Source: Poseidonia sp. | Lineage (GTDB): Archaea; Thermoplasmatota; Poseidoniia; Poseidoniales; Poseidoniaceae | Direction: 5' to 3' | DNA length: 64,000 nt | NCBI GenBank assembly: GCA_016778305.1 | Contig: JADHPT010000001.1 | Coordinates: forward strand, 64,320-128,319 | Part shown: positions 12,509 through 22,454 of the stretch, piece after piece | How the letters are laid out: each line of letters begins with the position of its first letter | How positions within the stretch are numbered: position 1 is the first letter of the stretch | Notes under the pieces: generated by a model | The model's input: the letters and a program-made list of their open reading frames with translations, nothing else | What the model was told of the DNA's origin: nothing | Databases searched by the model: none | Position numbers and translations under genes: made by a program

Positions 12509-13414
12509 ATGGGAGAAATGCTCTACCAGGGAAAAGTCAAGCAAGTTTGGTCGACCGAGGATCCAGAAATTCTGGAATTTAGATTCACTAATCAGATATC
12601 CGTATTTGATCAAATCATTCCTTCACTTATTCCTCGAAAGGGAGAATCGCTCAACAGGACAACTGCTCACTGGTTTAAACTGGTAGAAGAAGCTGGTATT
12701 TGCAAAACTCATCTGGTCGAGGTCAATGCGGCTGATCGCTGTCTGGTTCGTAAGGTCAAGGTCATCAAAGAGCCTGGAGCAATTCCTCGCGATATGGAAT
12801 GGGTCTTCGTTCCTCTTGAAGTCATTGTACGACATTACCTCTCAGGTTCTGCTTGGCGTCGCTTCCAACGTGGAGAACTTTCCGCTGAAGCATTGGGTGT
12901 AGCACCCGACTGTGAATACGGTGTCAAACTCGCTGAACCCTTTGTGGAAGTCACCACTAAATTTGAAAAATTTGATCGCAATATTAGTCGAGAAGAAGGA
13001 CTTGAAATCTCCAATATTACCGAAGAAGAATACGATGCTATTGTAGCCGCTGCGCTTGGTGTTGACCAAATCATCGAACGTGAGGCGGCACGCAATGGTT
13101 TGATCCACGTTGACGGTAAGAAAGAATTCGCTTTAGGCACCAACCGAGAGGTTGTGTTGGTGGATACCTTTGGAACTCTGGACGAAGACCGCTGGTGGGA
13201 TGCAGAAGCATATGCCAATGGTGAATGCATTGAGTTGAGCAAGGAATTTGTCCGCTCCCATTACATTGGAACAGGGCATCAAATTGAATTAAAAGCAGCC
13301 CGTGATGCGGGAACGGACGATCCACCGATTCCAGCCCTTCCTCAGTCAGTCATTGACGAGACGGCAGCATTGTATGCTTCAATGTACGAGCGTTTGACAT
13401 CTCAGACATTTTGA
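12509..13414 (+). CDS. purC: phosphoribosylaminoimidazole-succinocarboxamide (SAICAR) synthase
   Basis: The N-terminus LYQGKVKQVW...FTNQISVFDQIIPSLIPRKGESL matches the PurC signature (GKvrdvy...DriSafD...iP.KG..L). Confidence 0.8.
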   Translation: MGEMLYQGKVKQVWSTEDPEILEFRFTNQISVFDQIIPSLIPRKGESLNRTTAHWFKLVEEAGICKTHLVEVNAADRCLVRKVKVIKEPGAIPRDMEWVFVPLEVIVRHYLSGSAWRRFQRGELSAEALGVAPDCEYGVKLAEPFVEVTTKFEKFDRNISREEGLEISNITEEEYDAIVAAALGVDQIIEREAARNGLIHVDGKKEFALGTNREVVLVDTFGTLDEDRWWDAEAYANGECIELSKEFVRSHYIGTGHQIELKAARDAGTDDPPIPALPQSVIDETAALYASMYERLTSQTF

Positions 13415-13415
13415 A

Positions 13416-14144
13416 TTAGGAATGTGAGCGAAGGACAACACCAACTTGTCTACGCTCAGCTGCTTTCAATAAAGCCATGAAATGCTTTGCAACGTCCGCT
13501 ACTCCTCCGTCCAGGGGCTCCTCATATGAGGCAGTCCATGTTCTTGAAGCGAGATTTTTCCTTAATGTCCTGACTTGTTCCCTTGAAAGGTAACCTTGGA
13601 TATTCATCCCACCGAATCCAGATTCAAACATGGTATGTCCGCGGAATTCTTCAGTACATCCACCCGATAGCATTTGCAAATCATCAATGATTGAATCATA
13701 GATGTCCTGGCCGTCGTTATCAGTGATACTTCGATTGGGTCGGATATATTCGAGGAGGTAGCTAAGTGCTGAACCATTCCCATAAGGGAAGCGTCCAAAT
13801 CGTTCACGATTCAATCGGTCTCCCAAGGGCAGGGGCCGTCCATCATCCGTTATTTCGACACAAACCGTAAACAAGAGGGTTGCAGCGTCCCATTGAATTG
13901 TTTCATACGATCGTGGTTCTTTGATTCCCTGAGATTTGATTCGCTGTGCAACATCGTCATGTTGAGCAATGTAATTCTCCCACGTACTGGTATTGCCGTC
14001 CTGTGCTTCTTCTACTGCAGTTACGAGGTGAGATGCCCACTGACCATTAAAAGCGTCTAGGGTGTAAAATGGAGATGTTGATGAAAGGGCTTCCTCGTCC
14101 ATGTGCTGGGCACTGCGGGGTGTGAATAATACCTTCTCATGCAA
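13416..14144 (-). CDS. hypothetical acidic cytoplasmic protein, immediately downstream (3-nt gap) of the giant surface-protein gene
   Basis: 242-aa ORF with no recognisable motif; same strand as the 14148..19886 gene, which suggests co-transcription. Confidence 0.45.
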   Translation of the reverse strand: MHEKVLFTPRSAQHMDEEALSSTSPFYTLDAFNGQWASHLVTAVEEAQDGNTSTWENYIAQHDDVAQRIKSQGIKEPRSYETIQWDAATLLFTVCVEITDDGRPLPLGDRLNRERFGRFPYGNGSALSYLLEYIRPNRSITDNDGQDIYDSIIDDLQMLSGGCTEEFRGHTMFESGFGGMNIQGYLSREQVRTLRKNLASRTWTASYEEPLDGGVADVAKHFMALLKAAERRQVGVVLRSHS

Positions 14145-14147
14145 ACT

Positions 14148-17100
14148 TCATCTGCCAAAGAATTGGTTCATACGATCTTCAATGGAACCCTCACGCTCTT
14201 CGACGTCGTTTTCATCAAGCTCGTCCCGCATAGAGGCAAGACGACCGCTCGCAGATGGATTGGATTCTTCTGGAATGTCGTCATTTTCAATGATCTCAAT
14301 TGTGGATGTGACATCATCAATTGGGGTTAGTTCGCGCTCACTAAATTCTACCGCCGCCTCCTCCTCGCCGACATCAAATTGAATGTCATCAATTTCTTCT
14401 ACGGATACTTCTTTTTGAGGTGGTTTCACTTCTTCCCTACGTGAAGGTGATTCGCTCGCTATGGTCTTTTGACGTGGTCGAATGAGTCCGGCTAGCCAGG
14501 CAATCGCCATGACGATGATGGCACTACCGATGATCCACTCAACATCACTCGATGAAACACTCAGCAAACTTTCCGGCTTGTAGAATGTGGACGCCGTATC
14601 GTCCTCTGGGTCATCATCAAGGTCAAAGGGAACTGAACAGGAAAGTACCGCAGTAATCTTTTCATCCTTCTCAATTTCTCCAGGATTTTCAATCAATATG
14701 ACCGGTGCGAAATCTGAGTAGGCTACATCGACATAGTAGGTGCTGCTCCATCCTCCTTCAGCACTGACTTCCAATTCACAAACGGCTTGAGCAAGAACAC
14801 TGTATCCCGTCCGCTGAATACCCACAGTGATGTCTCCGTTGCTTGTTAATGAGTTGATGCCGATGTTCCAATCGCTCGCTCGGGATACAACTGCTTGTGT
14901 GATTTGGTCCAGTTCACGTCCGAATTGGTCATACATGGTAGCCATAAGAATAAATTCACCAGGTATTGGTGTCCAATCACTGACTGTGATGTTGACAGTA
15001 GCATTCTCTCCTGCAGATACCGTCCATGCGTCATCATCAATGAGAATGCGCTCTCCTTCAGAGGTGATCAATGTCAAAACAGCTCGGAGGTCTTCGTCAT
15101 GTGATGCAACGAGTTCGCATTGCCCAATAGACCCTGACAGGGATGCTCTACCCAATTCAGTAAATGCATTACCAATGAATTCGCATGAAACGGACGCGTC
15201 TGGATAGGTTCTAGCGACGATGTAGAGCGAAAGGTTGCCTGTGGCGGAGGGGCCCACATAGGAGATTCGTACTTCACCCGAATCATCCGGTTGAGTAAAG
15301 GCCACCTGGTCATTGTCACGCTGTAGTTCAAGTGTTGCGGACAATGCGAGATTTTCGCCAGAATCATCGTGAACATTGAACGTGTGCTCGGTACCGATAT
15401 AACTGTCAATGACAGGTGTTGAGGCAAAGGATAACTCTGAATATTCGACTTCAACATTGTGCGGTAGCGTTCCCAGTATTGGGTGATTGACATTGATCGT
15501 AAGTAGGAAGCGTTGCTGGTTCCAATCAGCTGAGGGCGTGAGCGATAATGGCATACCTTTGACTTCACCCGGTGCGAGGACCATCTGCACTCCTTGCTGT
15601 GTGGTCCATCCTTCTGGCAGGCCGTCAACATCAAGCGTAATCAGGGCCACATCGTTCCCTTCATTGACAATCCATGCAGTCGGATAGCCACCGAGATTAT
15701 TGACGCTCCATGTGCCGCGGTGGTCGATATCAAGTTGGGGTGCCACTCCTACTCGAAGCGGTATTTCCTCAACGATCTTCCCGTTGAGGTCGTCTCCTGT
15801 AATACGAATCCGCATCACGCCAACTTCGCCTGCTATTGCATCTTCAGGAGGTTGGACCATGACGGTAAACTGTGTCGTGCCGTAGGGTTCAACCACGTCT
15901 CCGAAGTCAGGCAGCGTGATGTTCCATCCTGCTCCAGCCTTTGCGAAGTAGGGGACTTCATGCCCGTTGCCTTCATGGATTAAATCGAGCGTTAGATTTT
16001 GGCCAGCAGGGTCGATTTCTAAGTCGGTTCCAGTAAGATTCAATTTCCAGCCGTAAATCTCTGCCACGGTTACATTCACAGATGTTTGTCCGATGACATA
16101 GGTACTCGCCACGTGTTGCAGGGTCACCTCGGTGATGGTTCCCGCCCATGTGCCCAGGGGCACCTCGATCGTGAAGCTCAGCGACGTACTTCCGTTGATG
16201 GGGATGACGGATGTATTCACTTCATCAGCCGTCCAAAGAACACTATCATTTCCAAATCCTACAACGTGCAGAAGCGGGACAATGGTGAGGTGATCGGGTG
16301 CATTTCCCATATTGGTCAGGTTGAAATCAAATTGAACGCTTGTGCCGGGTGCTGCTTCGATACTGCTTTGATTGAGCAGAGCAACATCCCATTCATGACT
16401 TGGGGCCGCCTGAACGTATGCAGAGGTGCTTTGAGCAACAGTATCTCCTCCAAGAGATGTCCAGGTGAAGCGTATCGTAAACGGCAACAGTGCTGGTATC
16501 TCTTCGGATAACTCTACATCAACAGATCCAATGCCAGTGGACAGTGCTCCGAGTGTCTTTTGAGGGTCGTAGAAGGTGACGTCGACTTCAGGGGTGGAAG
16601 CGTGATTTGGACTCTCAATGCTTGCAGTGAGTACAAACGTATCCTCTCCATTCCCGGGGTTTTGGAGGAAGAGGAGGAAGCGATGAGGTTCACTCACATT
16701 GAGTGAGAGGGGTTCTCCTTGGGTTGCAGGGAGTGGTTCGATCAACGAGATATTGGACCGATAGATCTGAAGCACTTGTACGGTGAGGTTCAGTTCCATG
16801 TTGGATTCAACTTGGTCTTGGTCGAAGAATGCATGCCGTTTTGGAACGGCATTCTCGGGAATGTAAGCGAGCAGTTGTCCTCCAATAGCACTCTGCGGTA
16901 CGCCTGAACTTTCCAAAAAGGAGCCATTGATGGTCCAATCTCCCGTGGTAGACCATATCCAATGAGGCTGAATCATATCCGCTGCTGCCATATTCCATTG
17001 AATCTGTCCTGATGCTGGTAATTCACCATTGAGTTGCCATACGAGTGTATGATTCGGTAGTGTTCGGTGATGGGTTGGTGTGGCTGCAATTTCTACGGCC

Positions 17101-19886
17101 GTAAAGGAAATACTCAACGATTCACAGAGCGCCTCTTCTCCACTCCCCATGCACATTGTAAGGGTGGTTTCGGTCGAGGTGCCAATGGTTGTGCTGACGG
17201 GTGTGTCGAGATAGGCAAGGAGTTCTTTTTCTTCACCAGGTTGCAGATTTACGCTAAAGAGCTCATTTCCATCTGCATCATGAAGCGAAGGTGAACCACC
17301 CCAAGAAGGGGCTGTCCACGTGATTGAGGTGGTTGTTTCAACAGCATTGCCGAGATTTTCGACCATGAACCACGACTTTGCAACGGTTCCTGGCCTTCCT
17401 TGCCCCATCGATGAATTGAGGCCCGTAGCACCCACCATGTCCAATCCGCGAGTCCGGAAGACTTCGACGGGTACGTACAGTGTGGTATTGACGCTTGCAT
17501 CATCGTTCAACGACAAGAGGAAGGAGACAACACCCGATTCATCACCGAGCGCATCTGAGGGGATGCTGGTGTCAAAGTCAACGGTTTGACTGAGTTCAGG
17601 GGTTAATTCAACGCTCAATGTTGCTCCTGAACTCGGCTGGAAGGTCCAATCCTCCGGGAGGTTTGAATCATCATAGGTAAGCGTCCAGTCTGCAGTTCGG
17701 GAGCCTGTTGCAGTAAGTTGGACGGACAGGGTTTGCGTCGTGCCCGGATTGATTCGAGTCGTTTCTATGGGCCCGTCTAATTCTGCAACGTATGGTTCAA
17801 CGACAAGATAGGATGCAACGGCGTGATTGTTGTCCTCCCGCTGTTCGGTGATGTTTTGATTTACATCAAGGACCAATTCAAATTCATGCATGCCTAATTC
17901 AGCAGTGAATTCTGCGGTAAAAGTCTGTGGTCCGCCTTCTCCCGACGGGGCGACTGGTTCACTTTCTGTGAATCGCTCACGAGTCAATTCAACCCCGTTC
18001 ATAATGATGGCAGCATCGAGGTCATCGCCTGCTTCTCCAGTCCCTATATTGGAAAATTGTGCAGTGACCGTGACCAGAGCCCCTGGGTCTGCTTGTGCTG
18101 GATTAAAGGAAAGTCCTCGGTTATCGCTGGAAGGGGCAAAGTCCGGGCCTCGATTTGATACGAGCGTATCGCCGATGAGTAGGTCGATATTTCCGTCGCC
18201 ATCGACATCAGCGAGTGCCGGTGCAGTCCAGGTGCGGTGAGGCATATTGAGTGGGGTCGCCCATTCGTTGTTGATGTCCGCCGATGCTCCTGAGTCACCG
18301 TCAAATGCCCAGACTCTGCGACCAAAGGCCACGACGATCTCTGCAGTTCCTTCACCGTCAATGTCCATCCAAATCGGTGGTGAAACTGCGATTTCGTCAT
18401 TATCATTTCCACTTCCACGCTGGAGGTCTCTTGTCCATTCATTAACGGTGTTCTCGTCACTGATGTCGGTGCAACCAAGCATACCTTTTCTGTTGAAACT
18501 CACTGAGGATTCCGAATACCAGGTGACCCAACATAGCCTGTCGAAAATGCCATCTTCATCCGTATCTATGGGCAGGGGTTGGGCGTCTGCATAGCCGTTT
18601 TGTGCACGGAAATTGAAGACTTCAGTCGTGGAGGTAATCTCCATCCCAATGAAGCGAGCTCCGTTCCCTGACGTTCTTCCATTGGGGTCCGTTGGAACGG
18701 TGAGAATCATTTCAGGAGCATCATCCGCATCGAGTTGGGTAATGACCGGTCCGGGAAGGCGGAGGCGAGGTGAATCAGAATCGGAGTCAGTCCCTTGTAT
18801 GGAAACACGCTCCCAGTCTAATGAGCCAGAATCTCCATCAATTTTCCAAATCCACATATTGCCCGTATTGCCATCGATTGTTGTTAGCAATACGCTGGTG
18901 GTCGTTCCGTCAAGTTGTGCCCATACAGGGTCACTTGGGTGCGTCCCTCTGTCGAGATTGACGCTCCATTCCGTATCTGATGGCTGCACACTCTCGAGGG
19001 CGTAAGCGTGTACCATTGGAGTTGGGTTGTCATCGGGGTCGTCAACAACTGCAAGAACGAGTTCAGGAGTGCCGTCGAGTTCTAAATCGGCAAGCAGTGG
19101 TTGAGTTACCGCCTTGTGATCTGAATTGGCCGTGGCGAAATGTGGGGAAGGCGATCCGATACGGACGTCAGCGTCGGTGTAGGACCAAAGCAATTCATTG
19201 CTGTGGCCCGAACTGGCCCAATTTGATTCAGTACATGTGAGCCGCGGAGACCAAACATCAATGTTGAGCGCACCTTGTGTGTCATAGACCACGATGATTT
19301 CTTGGAAGCCATCTGCGTCAATGTCGTGAATGATAGGAGTAGAGCGGATCGCTTCGGTAATGCCGAGGCTCACACGCCATGCTATCTTTGCATCGTTGCC
19401 GGAGATGATGTTCAAGAAACTCTCTCTTGAACCGTCTGTAATGGTACTTGACACCATCACTGGAAAGAGGGTTCCCTGTCCACATCGTTCGACAGCGGCC
19501 TGTGATGCACTGATGCTTTGCGAAAAATCGCCAATAACCGACCCGTATGCATCACTGCCATCGCCTGAATTGAACACTTGCCAGTTGATGATGGGGTCTA
19601 CCAGTGATGCTAGGGAGGTTACGTCACTCACATTGCCTTCACCCGGGCCTCCATCTGGATCATGGTTCGGCATAGAAAAATTGTGAGTAGGGGTGCGCCC
19701 GTATTGCGCCCATGGTTGTTCATAAGCATCGTAGGATGAACTTGTCAATTGAACATCTGTCTCTTCTTCCAGCACTTTTGATTGCGGTGAAAACAGGGGC
19801 GTCATTGGTAGGCTCACCATCAAGCAGACCATCAGGAGCGCAGCAACATTGGCGCGCTGAGTTGAACCGCGTTGCTGTGGCATCAT
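14148..19886 (-). CDS. giant (1912 aa) cell-surface protein with a signal peptide, FG-GAP/integrin-alpha-like repeats, CARDB/Ig-like repeats, a C-terminal TM helix and an acidic cytoplasmic tail
   Basis: N-terminal signal MMPQQRGSTQRANVAALLMVCLMVSLPMTPL. Repeated DxDxDG/FG-GAP-like segments (DIDADGFQEIIV, DLELDGTPELVLAV, DVDGDGNIDLLIGD). TM helix IIGSAIIVMAIAWLAGLI near the C-terminus, then a tail rich in E/D. Confidence 0.8.
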   Translation of the reverse strand: MMPQQRGSTQRANVAALLMVCLMVSLPMTPLFSPQSKVLEEETDVQLTSSSYDAYEQPWAQYGRTPTHNFSMPNHDPDGGPGEGNVSDVTSLASLVDPIINWQVFNSGDGSDAYGSVIGDFSQSISASQAAVERCGQGTLFPVMVSSTITDGSRESFLNIISGNDAKIAWRVSLGITEAIRSTPIIHDIDADGFQEIIVVYDTQGALNIDVWSPRLTCTESNWASSGHSNELLWSYTDADVRIGSPSPHFATANSDHKAVTQPLLADLELDGTPELVLAVVDDPDDNPTPMVHAYALESVQPSDTEWSVNLDRGTHPSDPVWAQLDGTTTSVLLTTIDGNTGNMWIWKIDGDSGSLDWERVSIQGTDSDSDSPRLRLPGPVITQLDADDAPEMILTVPTDPNGRTSGNGARFIGMEITSTTEVFNFRAQNGYADAQPLPIDTDEDGIFDRLCWVTWYSESSVSFNRKGMLGCTDISDENTVNEWTRDLQRGSGNDNDEIAVSPPIWMDIDGEGTAEIVVAFGRRVWAFDGDSGASADINNEWATPLNMPHRTWTAPALADVDGDGNIDLLIGDTLVSNRGPDFAPSSDNRGLSFNPAQADPGALVTVTAQFSNIGTGEAGDDLDAAIIMNGVELTRERFTESEPVAPSGEGGPQTFTAEFTAELGMHEFELVLDVNQNITEQREDNNHAVASYLVVEPYVAELDGPIETTRINPGTTQTLSVQLTATGSRTADWTLTYDDSNLPEDWTFQPSSGATLSVELTPELSQTVDFDTSIPSDALGDESGVVSFLLSLNDDASVNTTLYVPVEVFRTRGLDMVGATGLNSSMGQGRPGTVAKSWFMVENLGNAVETTTSITWTAPSWGGSPSLHDADGNELFSVNLQPGEEKELLAYLDTPVSTTIGTSTETTLTMCMGSGEEALCESLSISFTAVEIAATPTHHRTLPNHTLVWQLNGELPASGQIQWNMAAADMIQPHWIWSTTGDWTINGSFLESSGVPQSAIGGQLLAYIPENAVPKRHAFFDQDQVESNMELNLTVQVLQIYRSNISLIEPLPATQGEPLSLNVSEPHRFLLFLQNPGNGEDTFVLTASIESPNHASTPEVDVTFYDPQKTLGALSTGIGSVDVELSEEIPALLPFTIRFTWTSLGGDTVAQSTSAYVQAAPSHEWDVALLNQSSIEAAPGTSVQFDFNLTNMGNAPDHLTIVPLLHVVGFGNDSVLWTADEVNTSVIPINGSTSLSFTIEVPLGTWAGTITEVTLQHVASTYVIGQTSVNVTVAEIYGWKLNLTGTDLEIDPAGQNLTLDLIHEGNGHEVPYFAKAGAGWNITLPDFGDVVEPYGTTQFTVMVQPPEDAIAGEVGVMRIRITGDDLNGKIVEEIPLRVGVAPQLDIDHRGTWSVNNLGGYPTAWIVNEGNDVALITLDVDGLPEGWTTQQGVQMVLAPGEVKGMPLSLTPSADWNQQRFLLTINVNHPILGTLPHNVEVEYSELSFASTPVIDSYIGTEHTFNVHDDSGENLALSATLELQRDNDQVAFTQPDDSGEVRISYVGPSATGNLSLYIVARTYPDASVSCEFIGNAFTELGRASLSGSIGQCELVASHDEDLRAVLTLITSEGERILIDDDAWTVSAGENATVNITVSDWTPIPGEFILMATMYDQFGRELDQITQAVVSRASDWNIGINSLTSNGDITVGIQRTGYSVLAQAVCELEVSAEGGWSSTYYVDVAYSDFAPVILIENPGEIEKDEKITAVLSCSVPFDLDDDPEDDTASTFYKPESLLSVSSSDVEWIIGSAIIVMAIAWLAGLIRPRQKTIASESPSRREEVKPPQKEVSVEEIDDIQFDVGEEEAAVEFSERELTPIDDVTSTIEIIENDDIPEESNPSASGRLASMRDELDENDVEEREGSIEDRMNQFFGR

Positions 19887-20148
19887 ACATGACCGTCTCC
19901 GGAGGGTTGTTATGGCTTATGGCGTTCTTCTCTTCTAAAACCCCTTTTCCTAGATGCTTCAGATGATGCGGAGCGGCTTTTGGTCTATCGGACAGGCAGG
20001 AATATTCCGCTTCAATTAAATAGGGGTCGTCGGTGGAGTCACATGACTTCGGTCGCTTTCTCTCCTGAGGTGAATCCGGTGATGGACGGAACAGTCGCTT
20101 TGACTCCCGTTTTTCACCTCGCCTTTGGAGGGATTTTGAGGTGAAAAA

Positions 20149-20706
20149 ATGTACAAGGTTGTTACCAAGGAAGATACGATTCGTATCCCTGCAGAATACA
20201 TGCGAAAAGGGCAGTCTCTTGACCAGCACATCGACCGCTTGTCCATGGATGCCTTTGAAGGTAAATTCGATGATGAGAACCGTTTTGTTCTCGTAACCAA
20301 CAACCACAAGACAATTGGCCGTGGCCGTATCATTCACGGCGACGGTGCTATCTACCAACGTGTTCAATTTGACGCAGTTCTTTTCTGCATGGACGACCAA
20401 GAGGTTGTTGAAGGAGCAGTTTCGGAAGTCAATGAGTTCGGAGCCTTCGTTCGAATTGGCCCAATGGAAGCATTGCTTCACAAATCCCAGATCATGGATG
20501 AGCCTGTCGACATCAACATCGGAGCGAACAAGATTACCGGCCGTCATACAGCTGGAAAGGAACTTGGTGTTGGTTCCTTCGTCCGGGCCCGTATTGTGTC
20601 CCTCTCACCAGATACTTCCGACCCACGCCGCTCCAAGATTGGTTTGACCAGCAAGCAAGACGGTCTGGGTTCACCAAATTGGGAACAGAACAAAGGAAGT
20701 GAGTGA
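20149..20706 (+). CDS. rpoE1: DNA-directed RNA polymerase subunit E' (Rpb7 homolog, S1 domain)
   Basis: MYKVVTKEDTIRIP... N-terminal domain plus the S1 domain VVEGAVSEVNEFGAFVRIGPMEALLHKSQI. GAGGTGA Shine-Dalgarno motif 6 nt upstream. Confidence 0.8.
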   Translation: MYKVVTKEDTIRIPAEYMRKGQSLDQHIDRLSMDAFEGKFDDENRFVLVTNNHKTIGRGRIIHGDGAIYQRVQFDAVLFCMDDQEVVEGAVSEVNEFGAFVRIGPMEALLHKSQIMDEPVDINIGANKITGRHTAGKELGVGSFVRARIVSLSPDTSDPRRSKIGLTSKQDGLGSPNWEQNKGSE

Positions 20707-20912
20707 ACATGGTGAAAATGCCCTTTGCTTGCGGGGAATGCCACCTCGTGCTCGCCGACGGTATCGATCAATGTCCACGGCATCCTTCTGCTCAAGTCTC
20801 ATCAGACTGGACCGGCTATGTCATTATCATGCAACCTGACCGCTCGGAAATTGCCAAGCGTCTGAAGGTAGAACAACCAGGGCGCTATGCGCTCAAAGTA
20901 AACATTCGTTGA
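20703..20912 (+). CDS. spt4: transcription elongation factor Spt4 / RNAP subunit E''
   Basis: 69 aa. Zinc ribbon FACGECHLV...CPRHP. Conserved position downstream of rpoE' with a 4-nt overlap. Confidence 0.7.
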   Translation: MNMVKMPFACGECHLVLADGIDQCPRHPSAQVSSDWTGYVIIMQPDRSEIAKRLKVEQPGRYALKVNIR

Positions 20913-20921
20913 GGTGATGAT

Positions 20922-21257
20922 ATGAATATTAATGAGCGAAAAGAAAACAAATTATTGAATCGAGTTGAGATTACGTTTAGCTGGCGCCATACCGGAAAAA
21001 CAACGCCTTCGCGAAAAGAAGTCATGGATATCGTCCGAACTCTTGAACCGGGCTCAAACCCCGATTGGATTGTGGTTAAGGATTGCGTGACACGTTACGG
21101 TCAACCTTTGACAACTGGAACTGCTTTCATCTACGGATCAGCCGAATCAATGGCGGTTGAGCCAAGTTATATTCACAAGCGACATGAATCATTCCGCTCG
21201 GGTACTGCAGATGCAGCACCTGCTGCAGAAGCCACCAAGGAAGGAGGCGATGAGTGA
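20922..21257 (+). CDS. rps24e: ribosomal protein S24e
   Basis: [31 protein letters not shown] matches the S24e signature. Conserved cluster with S27ae. Confidence 0.8.
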   Translation: MNINERKENKLLNRVEITFSWRHTGKTTPSRKEVMDIVRTLEPGSNPDWIVVKDCVTRYGQPLTTGTAFIYGSAESMAVEPSYIHKRHESFRSGTADAAPAAEATKEGGDE

Positions 21258-21424
21258 TGGGTGACGGACCAAACGCCAAGGCCAAGTGGTCAAAATACAA
21301 AGTTGAAGATGGCAAACTTGTTCGTGCAGAATCCTGCCCAGAATGTGGGCCAGGGGTGTTCCTCGCACATCACAAAAACCGCATGTCATGCGGACGCTGT
21401 GGCTTTACGAGCATGAATGAGTGA
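21257..21424 (+). CDS. rps27ae: ribosomal protein S27ae, a 55-aa C4 zinc-ribbon protein below the ORF-track length cutoff
   Basis: Translated by hand: [62 protein letters not shown] lies 6 nt upstream. The canonical neighbour of S24e in archaea. Confidence 0.75.
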   Translation: MGDGPNAKAKWSKYKVEDGKLVRAESCPECGPGVFLAHHKNRMSCGRCGFTSMNE

Positions 21425-22381
21425 TCACTCTTCTTCTTGGGCCACAGGGCTCTCGAAGTGGCTGTTCAACCACGTGCCATTGTTGAAGAGAATCATTGCT
21501 CCCCCTTTGACGGGTTGAATGTGAATTGGAATTTCTTCCCATGCGTGTTGCTCGGTTTTCCGATGAGATATGATGACTTCCTCTCTCCAACCAGCTAATC
21601 TCCAACCGTGGATAAAGGGGTCCCAAATGGCTCCCTGAACGGGTCCGTTCAATTGAATACGCTGAACGATCGTAGTGTCATCCAGCCAGCAAAGTTCTCC
21701 TTGAGTTGAGCAGATGAGGTGTTGGTTCTCGTGCCTGAAATGATGTTCAAGAGGTCCTTCTGGGCCGTTGAGAATATATTCCTCAAGTAACTCACCGTTG
21801 GAAAGAGAGCGCCGTTGTGCTCTACCGCCCCGTGAGGTGATGGTCAATTCATCACCGTGGATATGGATGGCCAGAATTTCTTCATTTCTAGGGCGGCGTT
21901 TGGTATAATTCCACGTTGGAACCTGTTGGCGCCACAATTCCTTTGCGTCGTGGTCGAGTGCGTAGAGGCCCCGTTTCCACAAATTGAATACGAGGGCAGA
22001 TTCGCTAGCGGCCAAGGCCAATGGTTCGGCGTTGAGGACATGTGACCATCGGTTTCCCTTCGGATGGTATTGGCTCGCAAGTTCGTTAGAGGTTCGTAAT
22101 TCTGCACGCTTCGCACCGTCCTCGGGTGCCTTGTCCAAGTTCATTGAACCCATTCTCGCGAGCATGAGTTCACCATCAATCCACGTCGCAAAGAGAACAT
22201 TTCCAAAATGGACGGCATGGCTTACTCGCATCGGGAATGGCGTAGCGGCTTCACCAATGGCACGATAGTGGTCATCCAAACGAAGGAACTCCCCATCCAT
22301 TCCAATCACGAGGTGTCCATTCTCATGACTGAGGAGGGATCTTGGAAGAAAGGGAATGGTCGCCGGTAGACCTTCGTCCAT
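21425..22381 (-). CDS. hypothetical protein, probably a beta-propeller (PQQ/BamB-like repeats)
   Basis: 318-aa ORF with repeated W/G-containing beta-strand segments; no catalytic motif recognised. Confidence 0.45.
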   Translation of the reverse strand: MDEGLPATIPFLPRSLLSHENGHLVIGMDGEFLRLDDHYRAIGEAATPFPMRVSHAVHFGNVLFATWIDGELMLARMGSMNLDKAPEDGAKRAELRTSNELASQYHPKGNRWSHVLNAEPLALAASESALVFNLWKRGLYALDHDAKELWRQQVPTWNYTKRRPRNEEILAIHIHGDELTITSRGGRAQRRSLSNGELLEEYILNGPEGPLEHHFRHENQHLICSTQGELCWLDDTTIVQRIQLNGPVQGAIWDPFIHGWRLAGWREEVIISHRKTEQHAWEEIPIHIQPVKGGAMILFNNGTWLNSHFESPVAQEEE

Positions 22382-22454
22382 GGTCGTTGTAAGGGGTCCT
22401 CTATGTCAAACCTCGTTCGGATGAAATGAAGAACTACGAACCAATGGAGGGGAC

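Noticed and set aside
14827-19686. Dozens of 60-190 aa ORFs on the plus strand inside 14148..19886
   Set aside because: They are antisense or out of frame to a continuous 1912-aa ORF with a coherent signal, repeat, TM and tail architecture. Their sequences are low-complexity.
19720-20547. 275-aa minus-strand ORF
   Set aside because: It is antisense to the well-supported rpoE' gene (S1 domain, Shine-Dalgarno motif) and overlaps the start of the giant surface-protein gene. The sequence is low-complexity with no motif, so it is a shadow ORF.
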